DNA from: Octopus vulgaris
Taxonomy: Eukaryota
Length of the DNA: 64,000 nucleotides
Reading direction: 5' to 3'
Assembly (NCBI GenBank): GCA_951406725.2
Contig: OX597824.1
Coordinates: forward strand, 88,102,001 to 88,166,000
The position numbers and the translations under genes were made by a program. The notes beneath the pieces were generated by a model. The model did no database searches and was not told the DNA's origin. It worked only from the letters and a program-made list of their open reading frames with translations. Below are positions 12,671 through 26,724 of the stretch, piece by piece. Numbering within the stretch: position 1 is the stretch's first letter; each line of letters opens with the position of its first letter.

Positions 12671-13366
12671 CAGTAATTCTCAACCATTTTTTGCCTGTGG
12701 ACCACTTTGATTCCTGTTTTATTCTACTGGACCTCCATAGCCATTTGAAGTTTTAAAAAGATCCCATTATATTTTTATAATTAAACTAGCAGTATCGCCC
12801 GGCGTTGCTCGGGTTTGTTTCAACCCTTTAGAATTGGAATTTTTGAAAAGTAAAAATTTGGCATTATGTAGCTTGTTATTCTCTTTAAGTGAACATTTTT
12901 CTGGTTGAATTACACCGAAAAATGGCGACACAGCGGTAAAAAAAATGGTAAAAAATAGGGATTTTCATAGAAAAAAAGCACCTTTTTGATGTAAATAATT
13001 TTTGCTGTTAACATGGTCCGATTTGAATTTTGATGACGAGAAGGATAATGATATTGAGGAAGATGATGAGAATAAGGATAATGTCGAAAATGAAGAGCAA
13101 GCCTTCTTCTCTCATACTCTCAATTTTGGTCAACTTGCACCGCAGGGTCTCGAAGGAGATAGTGTTAGTTGAACGCTACCAAACCTGCTATACACAGACA
13201 ACTTCAGCTTTATATATAGAGAGATATTATAAGAAACTGAATTTTAAAAATTGTTAAAATATTTTTTGTGCTACAGAAATATAACCAATTTATTGTGTAT
13301 TACTTTTAACAATTAAATTTTATATGGACCTCCAAGGATAATGTGGACCCTAGTTGAGAACAACTG
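12671..13366. mobile_element. hAT-type MITE
   Basis: TIR CAGTAATTCTCAAC / GTTGAGAACAACTG; 8-bp TSD CTTTTGGT / CTTTAGGT. Confidence 0.85.
12786..13224 (-). mobile_element. Non-autonomous Helitron
   Basis: Minus strand begins TC, ends CTAG, has a subterminal hairpin CCCGAGCAACGCCGGG, lies between A and T, and has no TSD. Confidence 0.85.
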
Positions 13367-13528
13367 CTTTAGGTCATCCAAGAACAGCAGATGGTTAACA
13401 ATCTTTTCGTCTTTTCCTAAGCTATGTCCATCTTTTACCTTTTTTAATTCTAAGGAGTGAGAAATAAGAGATATATTTATATCAGACCTAACTGTTTATC
13501 ATCATTACTGCCTCTAAATAATAGATAC

Positions 13529-13588
<60 letters not shown>

Positions 13589-13635
13589 ATAAATATTAGG
13601 GAATAAATCCAAATTTGAAACTGACTTATTGAAGT

Positions 13636-13678
13636 CCACCTGAAGATTGTCGATCAAGACAAGAAACGATTGTAGTGG
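13636..13678 (+). ncRNA. Minimal type I hammerhead ribozyme motif
   Basis: CCAC-CTGAAGA-TTGTC-GATCAA-GACAA-GAAA-C-GATT-GTA^GTGG; stems I and II pair fully; inside a (TA)n-flanked repeat (~13585-13770). Confidence 0.8.
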
Positions 13679-13763
13679 CGGTTTTTTTGACTATTTATTA
13701 AAATTTTATGTATTGATTAAGTCTTTCCTTGTTTGTTTTACAAAATAGTGGTTTTGTCTCTAA

Positions 13764-13818
<55 letters not shown>

Positions 13819-14287
13819 ATATATACACATACAAGCAATAGTCTTTTAGTGAGGCATGGAAAAAGCAACACTCACGGAGTAGCAGTGCAAAAGAAAGGCA
13901 GAAAGAGAAGAAAAGACAAAGGCCTCATAGAGTTGGATACAAAGACAAGAATTCAAGAGCTTCTGTCTTCAATGAATTCTTCAATTGGAAAGACAGAATA
14001 AGAGAGTGGAATCATGAGATTGGAGTGCAGTGGAAGTGGTAATTGTCAGAAGAACTGTGAGAGAAGTAAAGAGAAGAGTAAGTATGAAAGGGAGTAGGTA
14101 AAGAACCAAAGGAGGGAGAGAGGGAGAGAGAGAGGGGAACACTGAGTGGGGCGGAATAAATGTATGTATGTATATTATGTATACACAACCAATTTAGACG
14201 TATATACTGTATACATTGGCACCCATCATGCATCCTCACACGCACACACACAAATACAAGCACACATTTGCACACACAATACACAAA

Positions 14288-14343
<56 letters not shown>

Positions 14344-14886
14344 TCACACACAAAATTGATGGTAAACTGGGAAAAATAAAAGGTACTTTGAAAAAAACAA
14401 AAAAATCCTATTGTAATGCTTATAATAACGATTTATTAATTAGGCATGAAGTCTGGCCTGAGAGTTAAGAGGAACGGCAAAATAGGAAATTGGTACAGAG
14501 AAGTATTTGCCGAAGGTATTAGAAAAAAGTATTAAATTGGTTTGCAACTGGAAATCCAAATTGAATTGCTGCCTCACGTTGCCAAGAATTTATAGCTACA
14601 CGGTAACAACAACGCTGCTGGTGATGGGGATAATTATGGTTGTGGTGATGATGGTGATGGTGGTGGTGGTGGTGATGATGATGATGATAATGATGATGAT
14701 GATGGTGGTGGTGGTGATGTGTGTTTTTGGTTCTCTCAGCTCCAAAATAAGTATTATATATTATATATCATATATACAATGATACATTTTACATACATAC
14801 ATAAATAATACATACTTATATACATACATACATACATACATATATACATACATACATGCATGCATGTATATATATATATATATGCA

Positions 14887-14932
<46 letters not shown>

Positions 14933-15314
14933 CTGGCATGGCTGTGTAGTAAGTAGCTTGCTTCCCAACCACATGGTTCTAGGTTCAGTCCCACAGCGCA
15001 GCACCTTGGGCAAGTGTCTTTTACTATAGCTTTGGGCCAACCAAATCCTTGTGAGTGGATTTGGTAAATGGAAACTAAAAGCAGCCCATCGTACATATCA
15101 AAATGTGGCCTCGTGTGTACCGTTGGCGATTTTTTTTCCTCTGTCTTCCCTTCCTTTGATCTTTCCTTCTCATATGTTTCCGACGAAGAGCTCCACTCGA
15201 AATGCTAAACCCTCCTTCTTTCCTTCTTTCCTGAGCGTCCAATAATACTATATTTGTTCCATGTCCTCGCGTTGTTGTGTTTTTTTGTGCTTTCATGTTT
15301 GGAATAACTCTATC

Positions 15315-15348
<34 letters not shown>

Positions 15349-15585
15349 TGTATGTATGTATGTATGTATGTATGTATATATTTATGTGCATGTGTCTGTG
15401 TTTGTCTCCCGCCATTCCCTGATAACTGATGCTAGTGTGTTTAGGTCCCTGTAACTTAGTGGTTCAGCAAAAACCTGATAGAATAAGAACTAGGCTTACA
15501 AAAATAAGTCCTGGGGTCAATTTCTCTAACTTTAAGGCAGTGCACCATCATGGCTGCAGTCAAATGACTGAAACAAGTAAAAGAA
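14933..15585 (+). mobile_element. SINE family A interrupted by a PLE-like fragment (~15095-15310)
   Basis: Head at 14933-15091, tail at 15380-15585; the insert is homologous to 41178-41362 and carries a decayed hammerhead at 15176-15210. Confidence 0.8.
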
Positions 15586-15619
15586 TTTTCAATTATATAT
15601 ATATATGCGTGTGTATGTG

Positions 15620-16030
15620 TGTAGAAAAGGTGTAGATAGGAACTCCATAAGTTGTACCCAGTGTAAGCTATGGACACATAAAAGGTTCAGCAACATCAAA
15701 GGAAAATTAACTGAGAAGACAGCTTTCATGTGCGGCAGATGCACAGGGGCAATAAACACCAAAGATGCTCAGAAAACAGATTCCATCACACTCCAGGGGG
15801 AGAAACTAGAAGTAGTTGATAGCTTCTGCTACCTAGGTGACCAAGTTAGTAGTGGAGGTGGATGCTCAGAGAGTGTTACCACTTGAATAAGCATAGCCTG
15901 GGCAAAGTTTAGAAAGCTTCTACCCCTACTGGTGACAAAGGGCCTCTCGCTCAGAGTGAAAGGTAGATTGTATGATGCATGTGTGTGAACCGCCATGCTT
16001 CATGGCAGTGAAACATGGGCTGTGACTGCC
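15620..16030 (+). mobile_element. RTE LINE RT fragment with embedded PHD-like Cys/His cluster
   Basis: CRKGVDRNSISCTQCKLWTHKR...FMCGRC...EKLEVVDSFCYLGDQV...AWAKFRKLLPLL...MLHGSETWAVTA, with in-frame stops. Confidence 0.88.
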
Positions 16031-16449
16031 TTACATACAGTGCTTTATTGAAAAAAAAAAACTGCTGCTTTGTGACACCCCCACCCCCCGCCTTGTATGT
16101 TCTTGTAGTGTCCTATACTTGAATCTTCAAACTATAAAAATATTCATATCAATTTTTGTCATACTGCATGCCTTTCCTATCCACAGACTGTGAATGATGC
16201 TCTTACTCATAATTCAAATGAATTTTCAAAAGAAATAGTTTGTCATCCATAGAATTACTCATAATTGATTTTTTTTTTTTTTTGCAGCATGCACCGACTT
16301 GCTCTAATGCTTGTTTAAGTAGTTTCAGATCCTATTGTTTGCATCTGTTGTAAACAATTGACCAAATTTGTATTAGCTCTCAATATTTCTTCATCTTATC
16401 AGCAAATATTTATCAAAGTATTTTCAATACAGAGCTTTAACTTAGGCAC

Positions 16450-16763
16450 TCTGTCAGTTACGATGGCAAGAGTTCCAGTCGATCTGATCAATGGAACAAC
16501 CTGCTCATGAAATTAACGTACAAGAGGCTGAGTACTCCACAGACATGCGTAACCTTAATGTCGTCTTCGGGGAGATTCGGAATGACACAGGATGTGAAAA
16601 GGCTGGCCTTTCGAAATATAGGTTCAATTCATTTTTACCAGCTGAGTGGACTGGAGCAATGCAGAATAAAGTGTCTTGCTCAAGGACACAACATACCATT
16701 GGTATTGAACTCATAACCTTATGATCTTGAACCAATTACCCTAACCGCTAAGCCACATGCCTT
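16450..16763 (-). mobile_element. tRNA-derived SINE family E
   Basis: Minus head GGCATGTGGCTTAGCGGTTAGGG, CCTTGAGCAAGACAC segment; homologous to 59837-60405. Confidence 0.8.
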
Positions 16764-16789
16764 AATCTATAAGACAAGATGATCTGGCA

Positions 16790-17220
16790 TCAGTTGCTAG
16801 TGGAGCACTAAGAGTACCATGCGAGTGAGATCGTTGCCAGAGCAACAAGCAATGGCACGTTAAAAAGCACCATTCGAGCATGATCATTACCATGTCGCTT
16901 TACTAGCACTTGGACTGGTGGCACGTGAAACATTCGAGCGAGGTCATTGCCAGTGCCGCTGGACTGGCTCCTGTGCAGGTGACACATAAAGAGCACCATT
17001 TGGGCGTGGCCGTTGCCAGTACCACCAAACTGGCCCTCGTGCTGGTGGAACGTAAAAGCACCCACTACACTCTCGGAGTGGTTGGCATTAGGAAGGGCAT
17101 CCGGCTGTAGAAACTCTGCCAGATCAGATTGGAGTCTGGTTCACCAGACCTCACTCAAATCGTCCAACCCATGCCAGCATGGAAAGCGGACGTTAAATGA
17201 TGATGATGAGGAGGAGGAGG
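16790..17220 (+). mobile_element. RTE LINE 3' UTR with tandem repeats and GAT tail
   Basis: Same UTR family as 2602-3100. Confidence 0.85.
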
Positions 17221-17595
17221 ATACTGTAGAAAATTCATTCAGTGAAAGATTGAGAAAAGTCTGTGCTCTGAAACTAAGATAAATTTCTTACCAGTTTAGA
17301 AATTCCCTCCAGATTTCCATTGCTGTAAGCAATTTCAAAATAGAATCCTGTCCCTTGATAAGATTTATATTAACTGAAACTAAAAGACTGGTTATTGTCT
17401 CAGGAATAAGTAAAATTTTTCAGTGTGTCATGAAGAAGAAGGCATCTTTTAAGCTTTCGGTAAAATTCAAAGATTTGATGAAGAAGATAAATAAAGGGAA
17501 CATAGAACATAAAAAGCCATTTAGGTGTAGATTGGTGTTGAAATTACACAAGTTGAGTCCAAATATATTTAGTTTAAGTTGTTGTTGTTCTTATG

Positions 17596-17900
17596 TGGAG
17601 GCGCAATGGCCCAGTGGTTAGAGCAGTGGACTTGCGGTTGGAGGATTGCGGTTTTGATTTCCAGACCGGGCGTTGTGTGCGTTTTTATTGAGTGAAAACA
17701 CCTAAAAGCTGCACGAGGCTCCGGCAGGGGGTGGTAGCGACCCCTGTTGTACTCTTTCACCACAACTTTCTCTCACTCTCTCTTCCTGTTTCTGGAGTAA
17801 CGCTGCGATGGACCGGCGTCCCGTTCAGCTGAGGGGAACACATATGCCACAGAAACCAGGAAACCGGGCCCACGAGTCTGGCTAGGCTTGAAAAGGGCAA
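17596..17900 (+). mobile_element. tRNA-derived SINE family C
   Basis: GTGGAGGCGCAATGGCCCAGTGGTTAG head with B-box-like GGTTTTGATTTCC. Confidence 0.85.
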
Positions 17901-19101
17901 CGTTTATCATGCTGTTGTAGTTGTTGCTGTTGTTGTCAGTGACATTGCTGTTGTTGTTAAATAGAACTTCCAGCTTTGCTTTCGGTATCAATAAAATGTA
18001 GTGGTAGCAATCAAAGTGCTTCGAAGCGATCAATACAGATCACATGCCATGTTTGCTATGTTTCATTTTAGTTAGAGATCATATTGTTCACTCCATCATG
18101 CAATAGTTCATCATGTGCTGTGAAATACACTGCATATGTCCCGATATTCAGTCTGTTTGTATTTGTTGAAAAAAACCTCAGAATATTCACAGCAAAGACA
18201 ATCGCTACGAACACACTGAGTACAAAATAGTTTCCTTTCTCTACGACTGATGAGAAAGTAGTTCAATCTAAGCAATCAGAATTCAAGCTTAGCATTGTAG
18301 TTTCAAATATAATTGCTGGAGAAACAATGCACCTGTCTATTTACCTATCATTTTATCTATCTACCTGTCTTATCTATCTATCACATGTTTGTCTGTCTGT
18401 CTCTCTCTCTCTGTACAGATATAATGTGTGTGTATATGAGTGTGTGTGTGTGTATCTGTTTGCATGTATACAGATACTTTTTTACTCTTTTACTTGTTTC
18501 AGTCATTTGACTGCAGCCATATTCATTGATATTTCTCCATTTTCTATCGTCTTTAAATTTTGATTCTTAATAAACCCATGTTTATCCTTATTTTTACCTA
18601 TAATTCATGAGCATAATATGCTTGCATGGGTATGCCCATGGTTATACATAGGTAATATACCGGTACTGTAATGGATACTTCTATCCCTTAGATGGTTATT
18701 TTAACCTCTAACTCAGCTAACCTATATATATATATATTATATATATATTCTTGTATGTTATATGTTATATGTTATATATTTTAATAATTACTGGTAACTT
18801 TATATATTATATATGTAAAGCATAATATGTTATACATGTATGTATCATCATCATCATCATCATCGTCGTTTAACGTCCGTTCTCCATGCTAGCATGGGTT
18901 GGACGGTTCGACCGGGGTTCTGGGAAGCCAGAAGGCTGCACCAGGCTCCAGTCTAAATTTGGCAATGTTTCTACAATGTTTCTATGTATATTGTTGTAAT
19001 TATCATTTTAGTATATAAATAAATAAATTGACATAATATAATGTCTAAAAGTTGATGAATGCCACCTATTGATCCCCTCCATTTTCTTATAGCTCTCTCT
19101 C

Positions 19102-19172
<71 letters not shown>

Positions 19173-19764
19173 TAGATAATGAAAGAATGCTAATTTTGTA
19201 AGTAGATCAAATAAATGTAACAAGTAATCCTTTCCGGAAATACAAACATTCACAGACCAGATATCACGGGTTTTATTTTACCTTTAGGTGGTTAAGAGAA
19301 GACCTCCCCCCTTGGCCACCATCTTTGACAGATTAATTGTCGATATCATCTTCTCCCCAAAGAAATATAGTAATTTTGGTACTTTTTTTCCAAGTAGGTT
19401 AACTGAAACAAGAAATGTCTTCTGCAAAGACAAAAACAAAATTCCTGCAGTAGGATATTGGCCACAGATCGTTAAACCTTAAAATGAGACAATTTGGCAA
19501 AGCTGTGAGGACTCTGATTATTTGGCACGGCTGAGTGAACATTCAGTCTGTTTTGCAAACAGTAAGTTTTTGGTGTTGAAGGCAAACACATATGTCTGCA
19601 TGCACACATGCATATATACATATATATATATGCACATACATGTGTGCATGAACGATTATACACAGACAGAAAGAGTGAGAGAGAGAGATATTATGATTCA
19701 TTCGTTGAACACAACTGACACGAACGCGTTTCATCTCTTTATACCCAGAAATATGCTCACACAC

Positions 19765-20110
<346 letters not shown>

Positions 20111-20977
20111 AAAGAGAGAGAGACATTAAATCAAAAGAAACCCTAAAACGTCTGATGTCAAATAAGTCAGGGAATGAATGAGTGATACCAAAAGAGGCAG
20201 CACCAAAATGATTGTGCCAAAATGTCTCATATCCATTAAGCCTTAAAGTCCAATAACTTATCCATTTCACCATTTCACCTGTAAATATAATATAGGTTAT
20301 TTATACAAAACACCATACAACAAATAAAGATGCAAGTTTTGTTGTTTTTTCTTGATTTGGGTTTTTTTTTTTTTTTTGCATTTCAAGCCCTAGGACTTGT
20401 AAAGCCAGTTACCTAGTTTCCATGGCATGTAAGTGACAGAGATTACAACATGATCCCTAAATGGGATGTTGATCTGTTGCGGGGTTCAAGGCCAGTAATT
20501 TTTAAAAGGAAGGAGAAACAATTACATCAGACCCAGCATTCAGCTGGTACTTTGTTTTATCAACACCGAAAGGCTGAAAGGCGAAGTTGACCTCAGCAGG
20601 ATTTGAACTCAGAATGTAAAGATTCAGAAGAAATGCTGCAAAGCATTTCACCCAATGAGTTAACGATTCTGCCAGTTCACTGCATTAAAGATACAAATAA
20701 AGGTTCTTAATCTTGTCAGGAAGATGTTTTTTCATTCAAATACCAAATTAATGAAAGTGTATAATTAGCAACTGAGCTATTATGATTTTGGATTTTCTTA
20801 ATCTTCCTTCAAAACCAGTGCATCTAGGGTTTGTAATCTTTGATTTGGCTCAGTTATGGGCAAACAGTGGCCTGCAACACTCTCTGAGTGGCACGCCAAC
20901 GAAAAATTACCTTGTGACCAACCTGATTATTGGCCACATGTCATGTGGCCTGCTTCTCGACAAAGGTAACCCATACC

Positions 20978-21198
20978 TATTTCTTTACTGCCCACAAGGG
21001 GCTACACACAGAGGGGACAAACAAGGACAGACAAATGGATTAAGTCGATTATATCGACCCCAGTGCGTAACTGGTCCTTAATTTATCGACCCCGAAAGGA
21101 TGAAAGGCAAAGTCGACCTCGGCGGAATTTGAACTCAGAACGTAGCGGCAGACGAAATACCGCAAAGCATTTCGCCCGGTGTGCTAATGTTTCTGCCA
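20978..21198 (-). mobile_element. SINE family B
   Basis: TATTTCTTTACTGCCCACAAGGGGC...TTTCTGCCAG. Confidence 0.88.
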
Positions 21199-21693
21199 GG
21201 ATTTAGGAGTAGATATTTTAAAGACAGTGTGTTACAATACAAAAAGTGATGATGCTTTGACATAAAAAAGGAGAGAGAGAGCACACGATGCACAATATGT
21301 TATGCGTATATAAACATGCTTAATAAATATAAATAGTACATAACCACACTCCATCACAACAACACACACCATAAGAATACAACCACGGGAAGAATATGTC
21401 ATCAAAGAGCAACACGATGTTTATATAAGAGAAATAGTCCAGAAAGATTCCAAAATGGTTTTCTTCAAAATTAAAGTATTTCAAAAGTTTCACACATATT
21501 TAGGGAGGTTTGTGAATTTTCTTCTCTAGCTAAAAGCTGTAAAACATCTTAAGAAAAATTTCATCTTGTAAATGAATATGTGAGGGGACAGGTAGGGGGC
21601 ACAGTCGATCATATTGTTTAATGAGCCAAAGAAAGCTCATATAACCTAACTTTCATGAGTGTGTTCATGAGTGGGTGTGTGAGTGTATGCGTG

Positions 21694-21727
<34 letters not shown>

Positions 21728-22000
21728 CACGTAGAGTAGATGAAACCATGGCGACTGAAGAAGGGGTTTTTTTCCTTGTGTTATTTGTCCTGTACTCTAT
21801 TTTTTTGTTGTTTAAGAAAAATGTCCAGTTCCTTGGGTTTGTGTCTATGTTTTCATTTCTCATTGTGTTCGACGTTTTTTTGGTGTCCTGTACTCATATA
21901 TGCGTGTATATATACATGTAGAGGTAGGTACGTACATATATGTATATATATATGCATATGTTTTATTTATTAATATATATATATATATATATATATACAT

Positions 22001-22348
22001 ATTTCGTTTTTGGATTTGGTTTGCAAGATTCTTTATATGAGTTTGTGCGTTGAAGCATATTCTGTTGTGTCTGGGGAGAGTCATTTTCTTTTTTGTGCCT
22101 TATAATTTAACACACTCACCGATAAAATTTCCACTTATTTCTTATTTTTATTTTCCTAAAATTTTCGTTGCGTCTTGCAACCTTTTCAATAGTCTTGACA
22201 CTTGACTAAGCTATATCACTACCACCAAGTCAAGACTATTGAAAAGGTTGCAAGACGCAACAAAAATTTTAGGAAAATGAAAATAAGAATTAAGTGGAGA
22301 TTTTACCGGTGAGGCACAAAAAGAAAATGACTCTCCTCAGACACAACA

Positions 22349-22349
<1 letters not shown>
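22001..22349. mobile_element. Fold-back PLE-like repeat between (TA)n tracts, with a hammerhead-like motif in each arm
   Basis: Arms ~22062-22198 and ~22229-22349; same family as 59949-60194. Confidence 0.75.
22156..22192 (-). ncRNA. Hammerhead-like motif, U3-A8 core variant
   Basis: CTA-TTGAAAA-G-GTTGC-AAGAC-GCAAC-GAAA-A-TTT^TAG. Confidence 0.5.
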
Positions 22350-22385
<36 letters not shown>

Positions 22386-23149
22386 TATTGTTACGATTAT
22401 GCAAAAGTGCACAAGTCCAAAGCATTTTTTTATTTTCAGAAAATGAAAAAATAGTTTCACCATTCCATTTCTTTTTACATTAGAGATAGTTTAATTGAAA
22501 AAAAAGTGCGGTCTGTGAAATCTTTGATAATTTGCATAATGGGGAAAATGTATTCATTTGGAGCTTTCAGCATCTGTCAATGTATTTATTGTAAAAGACT
22601 GATGAGATGAGCTGTGAGATAGTATAATGTTGCTACAACTGTTATGTAATTATTATGGCACCTTGTTGAAACATGTGTATGTTCTATGAAGTATTGAATC
22701 CCATACCTGTTTTCTGTATATTATTATTATCATTTCTATTATTTGTCTCATATTTTGCACACAAGTCTACCCTGAGGTTGATGCCTTGCATGATAATACA
22801 CTGGATACTGCAGAGGAGTGTGGAACCCATTACCGAGCCCAATTTCTGGTTATGTGTCATGCTTCACGGTGCCTTTTTTCGATACATACATATTTCTATA
22901 TGTTTGTATAAGAAATGAGTTAACTGCAAAGTAATACTTTTTTTTTGTAGAATCAAACAATTAAATACAGTATGGATTATTAGTTATACATACAACGAGC
23001 TACAGCACAGTTTCTTTCTACCAAATTCCACTCACAAGTTGTTAGTCAACCCATTACTATGGGACTATGGCAGAAGACAAAACATGATAAGCACTAATCT
23101 GAGATAAAGAAGAGAAACAGGTCTACTGACCATGCTCATAAGGGTTAAT

Positions 23150-24780
<1,631 letters not shown>

Positions 24781-25292
24781 GTGCACCTGTATGTAGAAGA
24801 CTAATTTGGTCAACTTAATTTGAGAGCATGCAGTTTGTGACTAATGCAGCCATACAGTAGCAGACAGCACTTATCCAATGAAGACTTACCGATGCTAGAG
24901 TTATGACTGTAGGCCCCATAATCCTGGCTAAAGGACTTGCATCATTTCTGAATTCTGGAATAACAAATTTTTTTCTTCATATAGTAATCATCAAAGTAAC
25001 AAGCAATTTCAATTATCTTCATTCTCTTTCGCTCTTTTCTCAGAATTTCATTGCTCTTGGAAATATCTGATAGATTTATAAGTCTTTTAAGGAATCTCTC
25101 ATTGTAATAATAATTGACTTTTGATAAGTAAATTGTTATTAAAAATACAACATAACTGTGTAATTCTCCGTCTCTGTTGATTTCAAAAAATCAAATTATG
25201 TTATTGACTGTTCCATGCATATAAATATATACATATACAAATATATATAATTACATACATACATACATACATATATATATATATAGATATAA

Positions 25293-25323
<31 letters not shown>

Positions 25324-25324
25324 G

Positions 25325-25367
<43 letters not shown>

Positions 25368-25407
25368 TGTATATATGTATATATATGTGTGTGTGTGTCT
25401 GTGTAAT

Positions 25408-25471
<64 letters not shown>

Positions 25472-25534
25472 TATATAATGTATACATATGTATATATATA
25501 TATATAAATATATGTATGTAATTATATATGCATG

Positions 25535-25573
<39 letters not shown>

Positions 25574-25606
25574 GAATAAGAAATAGAAAGGCCTTGGTTC
25601 AGTGTT

Positions 25607-25762
25607 ATATATTTTTGAAAATGAATAGAAATGGCATTTCTCATAATTTTTACTCTTCAGTAATTAGATGTTTACAAGATATTAGATGTGTTGTCAACAT
25701 CTAATTATTACAGTGGAAAAATTATGAGAAAAGCCATTTCTATCCATTTTTTACAAATATAT
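25607..25762. repeat. Fold-back inverted repeat (~65 bp arms)
   Basis: ATAGAAATGGC.TTTCTCATAATTTT...TAATTAGATGTT / AACATCTAATTA...AAAATTATGAGAAAAGCCATTTCTAT. Confidence 0.8.
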
Positions 25763-25769
25763 ATACATA

Positions 25770-26010
25770 TGGTGGTTGTCTACTCCTTAAGCAGAGTCTG
25801 ACCACCTCTTGTACTTATGCTTTAGATATCTATCATGGTGTCTGATGTAGCTTTTTAAACCAATGTTTTGAAAAGACACCCACGTAGATCGCATATCTGC
25901 AGTTAGGTTTTGATCTTTGTGGATCTTAAAATGTCTTTTGAGGCCTCCATTAGATTTGCAGACCTTATGACATACAAGGCATTGAGATGTTTGCGCAGAT
26001 AGAATCGAAA
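25770..26010 (-). mobile_element. Probable LINE (RTE-like) C-terminus with C2H2 zinc finger(s)
   Basis: CLVCHKVCKSNGGLKRHFKIH at 25981-25919, a second decayed finger (...GLKSYIRHH) and a short 3' end running into TA; no TGEKP linkers. Confidence 0.6.
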
Positions 26011-26296
26011 CTCAAAGGATCCACTTTCCAATGCTTTGAGGTTACTTGTTTCCAATTATTTGCTGGATAATCTGAGACTGCTTCTTTTTTTTTTTTTTCT
26101 TTCTTTGAAATATTCACTGCTTGAATAGGTTCTTTTGAAATATGGAAAAAAAACTTTGGAGAAAATGTTTATCTTTATGCTCTTTTGTTTAAAAAGAAAC
26201 CTTCTGAACAACACAAGCAAAAATAGTGACTTCAATCTCATGTTTTTGATTCCATTTCTGGTTCTGAATAAACAAAGCAATTTCAATGGGAAATTT

Positions 26297-26724
26297 GGAT
26301 CTTTTCGGTTTGAACGGCAGTTTTTTCTAGCGGTGTCATATGAAATTGTCACCCATAATTATGACCCTAGTATCGATCTATTACATTTCAATCTGTTTTA
26401 GGGTTACGGTTAGTTAGGGTTAGGAGTGGGGGAAAGGGTATCTTTTTTTCTTCAGAAATGTAAATAAACCCAATCTGTTTCTTAAACGAGGGACATATTC
26501 ATACGGCACAGAATGTTTTCAACTCAATAGACATTCAGTGATTGGCTGAAATTGCAGAAATTGAAGAAAAAAAACAACAAATATCTTACAAACTATAGAA
26601 TTTTCTCAATAAAGCCAAGAGAAAAAGATGTTTTATAAACACATTCTACCAGTATACGAAGTTTAAAAGTGTTTAGTTACGTGGAAATTATTTTTAAAAA
26701 CTGCCGTTCAAACCGGAAAGATCT
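26297..26724. mobile_element. MITE with GG termini and 8-bp TSD (Merlin- or hAT-like)
   Basis: TIR GGATCTTTTCGGTTTGAACGGCAGTTTT; TSD GGAAATTT on both sides. Confidence 0.88.

Larger units (their letters stand above)
11700..13460 (-). mobile_element. R4/Dong-clade non-LTR retrotransposon RT fragment, interrupted
   Basis: Removing the insertions restores IVNHLLFLDDLKLYSRTKRELEILSNTVRVFSNDIRMEF; downstream HPQAEVDR and EVERLRKYIADSEE. Confidence 0.8.

Noticed and set aside
19288-19566. Acceptor-like TTTTACCTTTAG, 64-aa ORF and a later GTAAGT donor
   Set aside because: No single consistent reading frame between the sites and no recognisable protein
21745-21775. GAAACC...CTGAAGAAGGGG as a hammerhead
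   Set aside because: Elements are in an order that gives no paired stems; probably a truncated junction
26398-26430. TTAGGG-like repeats as interstitial telomere
   Set aside because: Only a few imperfect units, internal to a MITE; also seen in the copy near 34195
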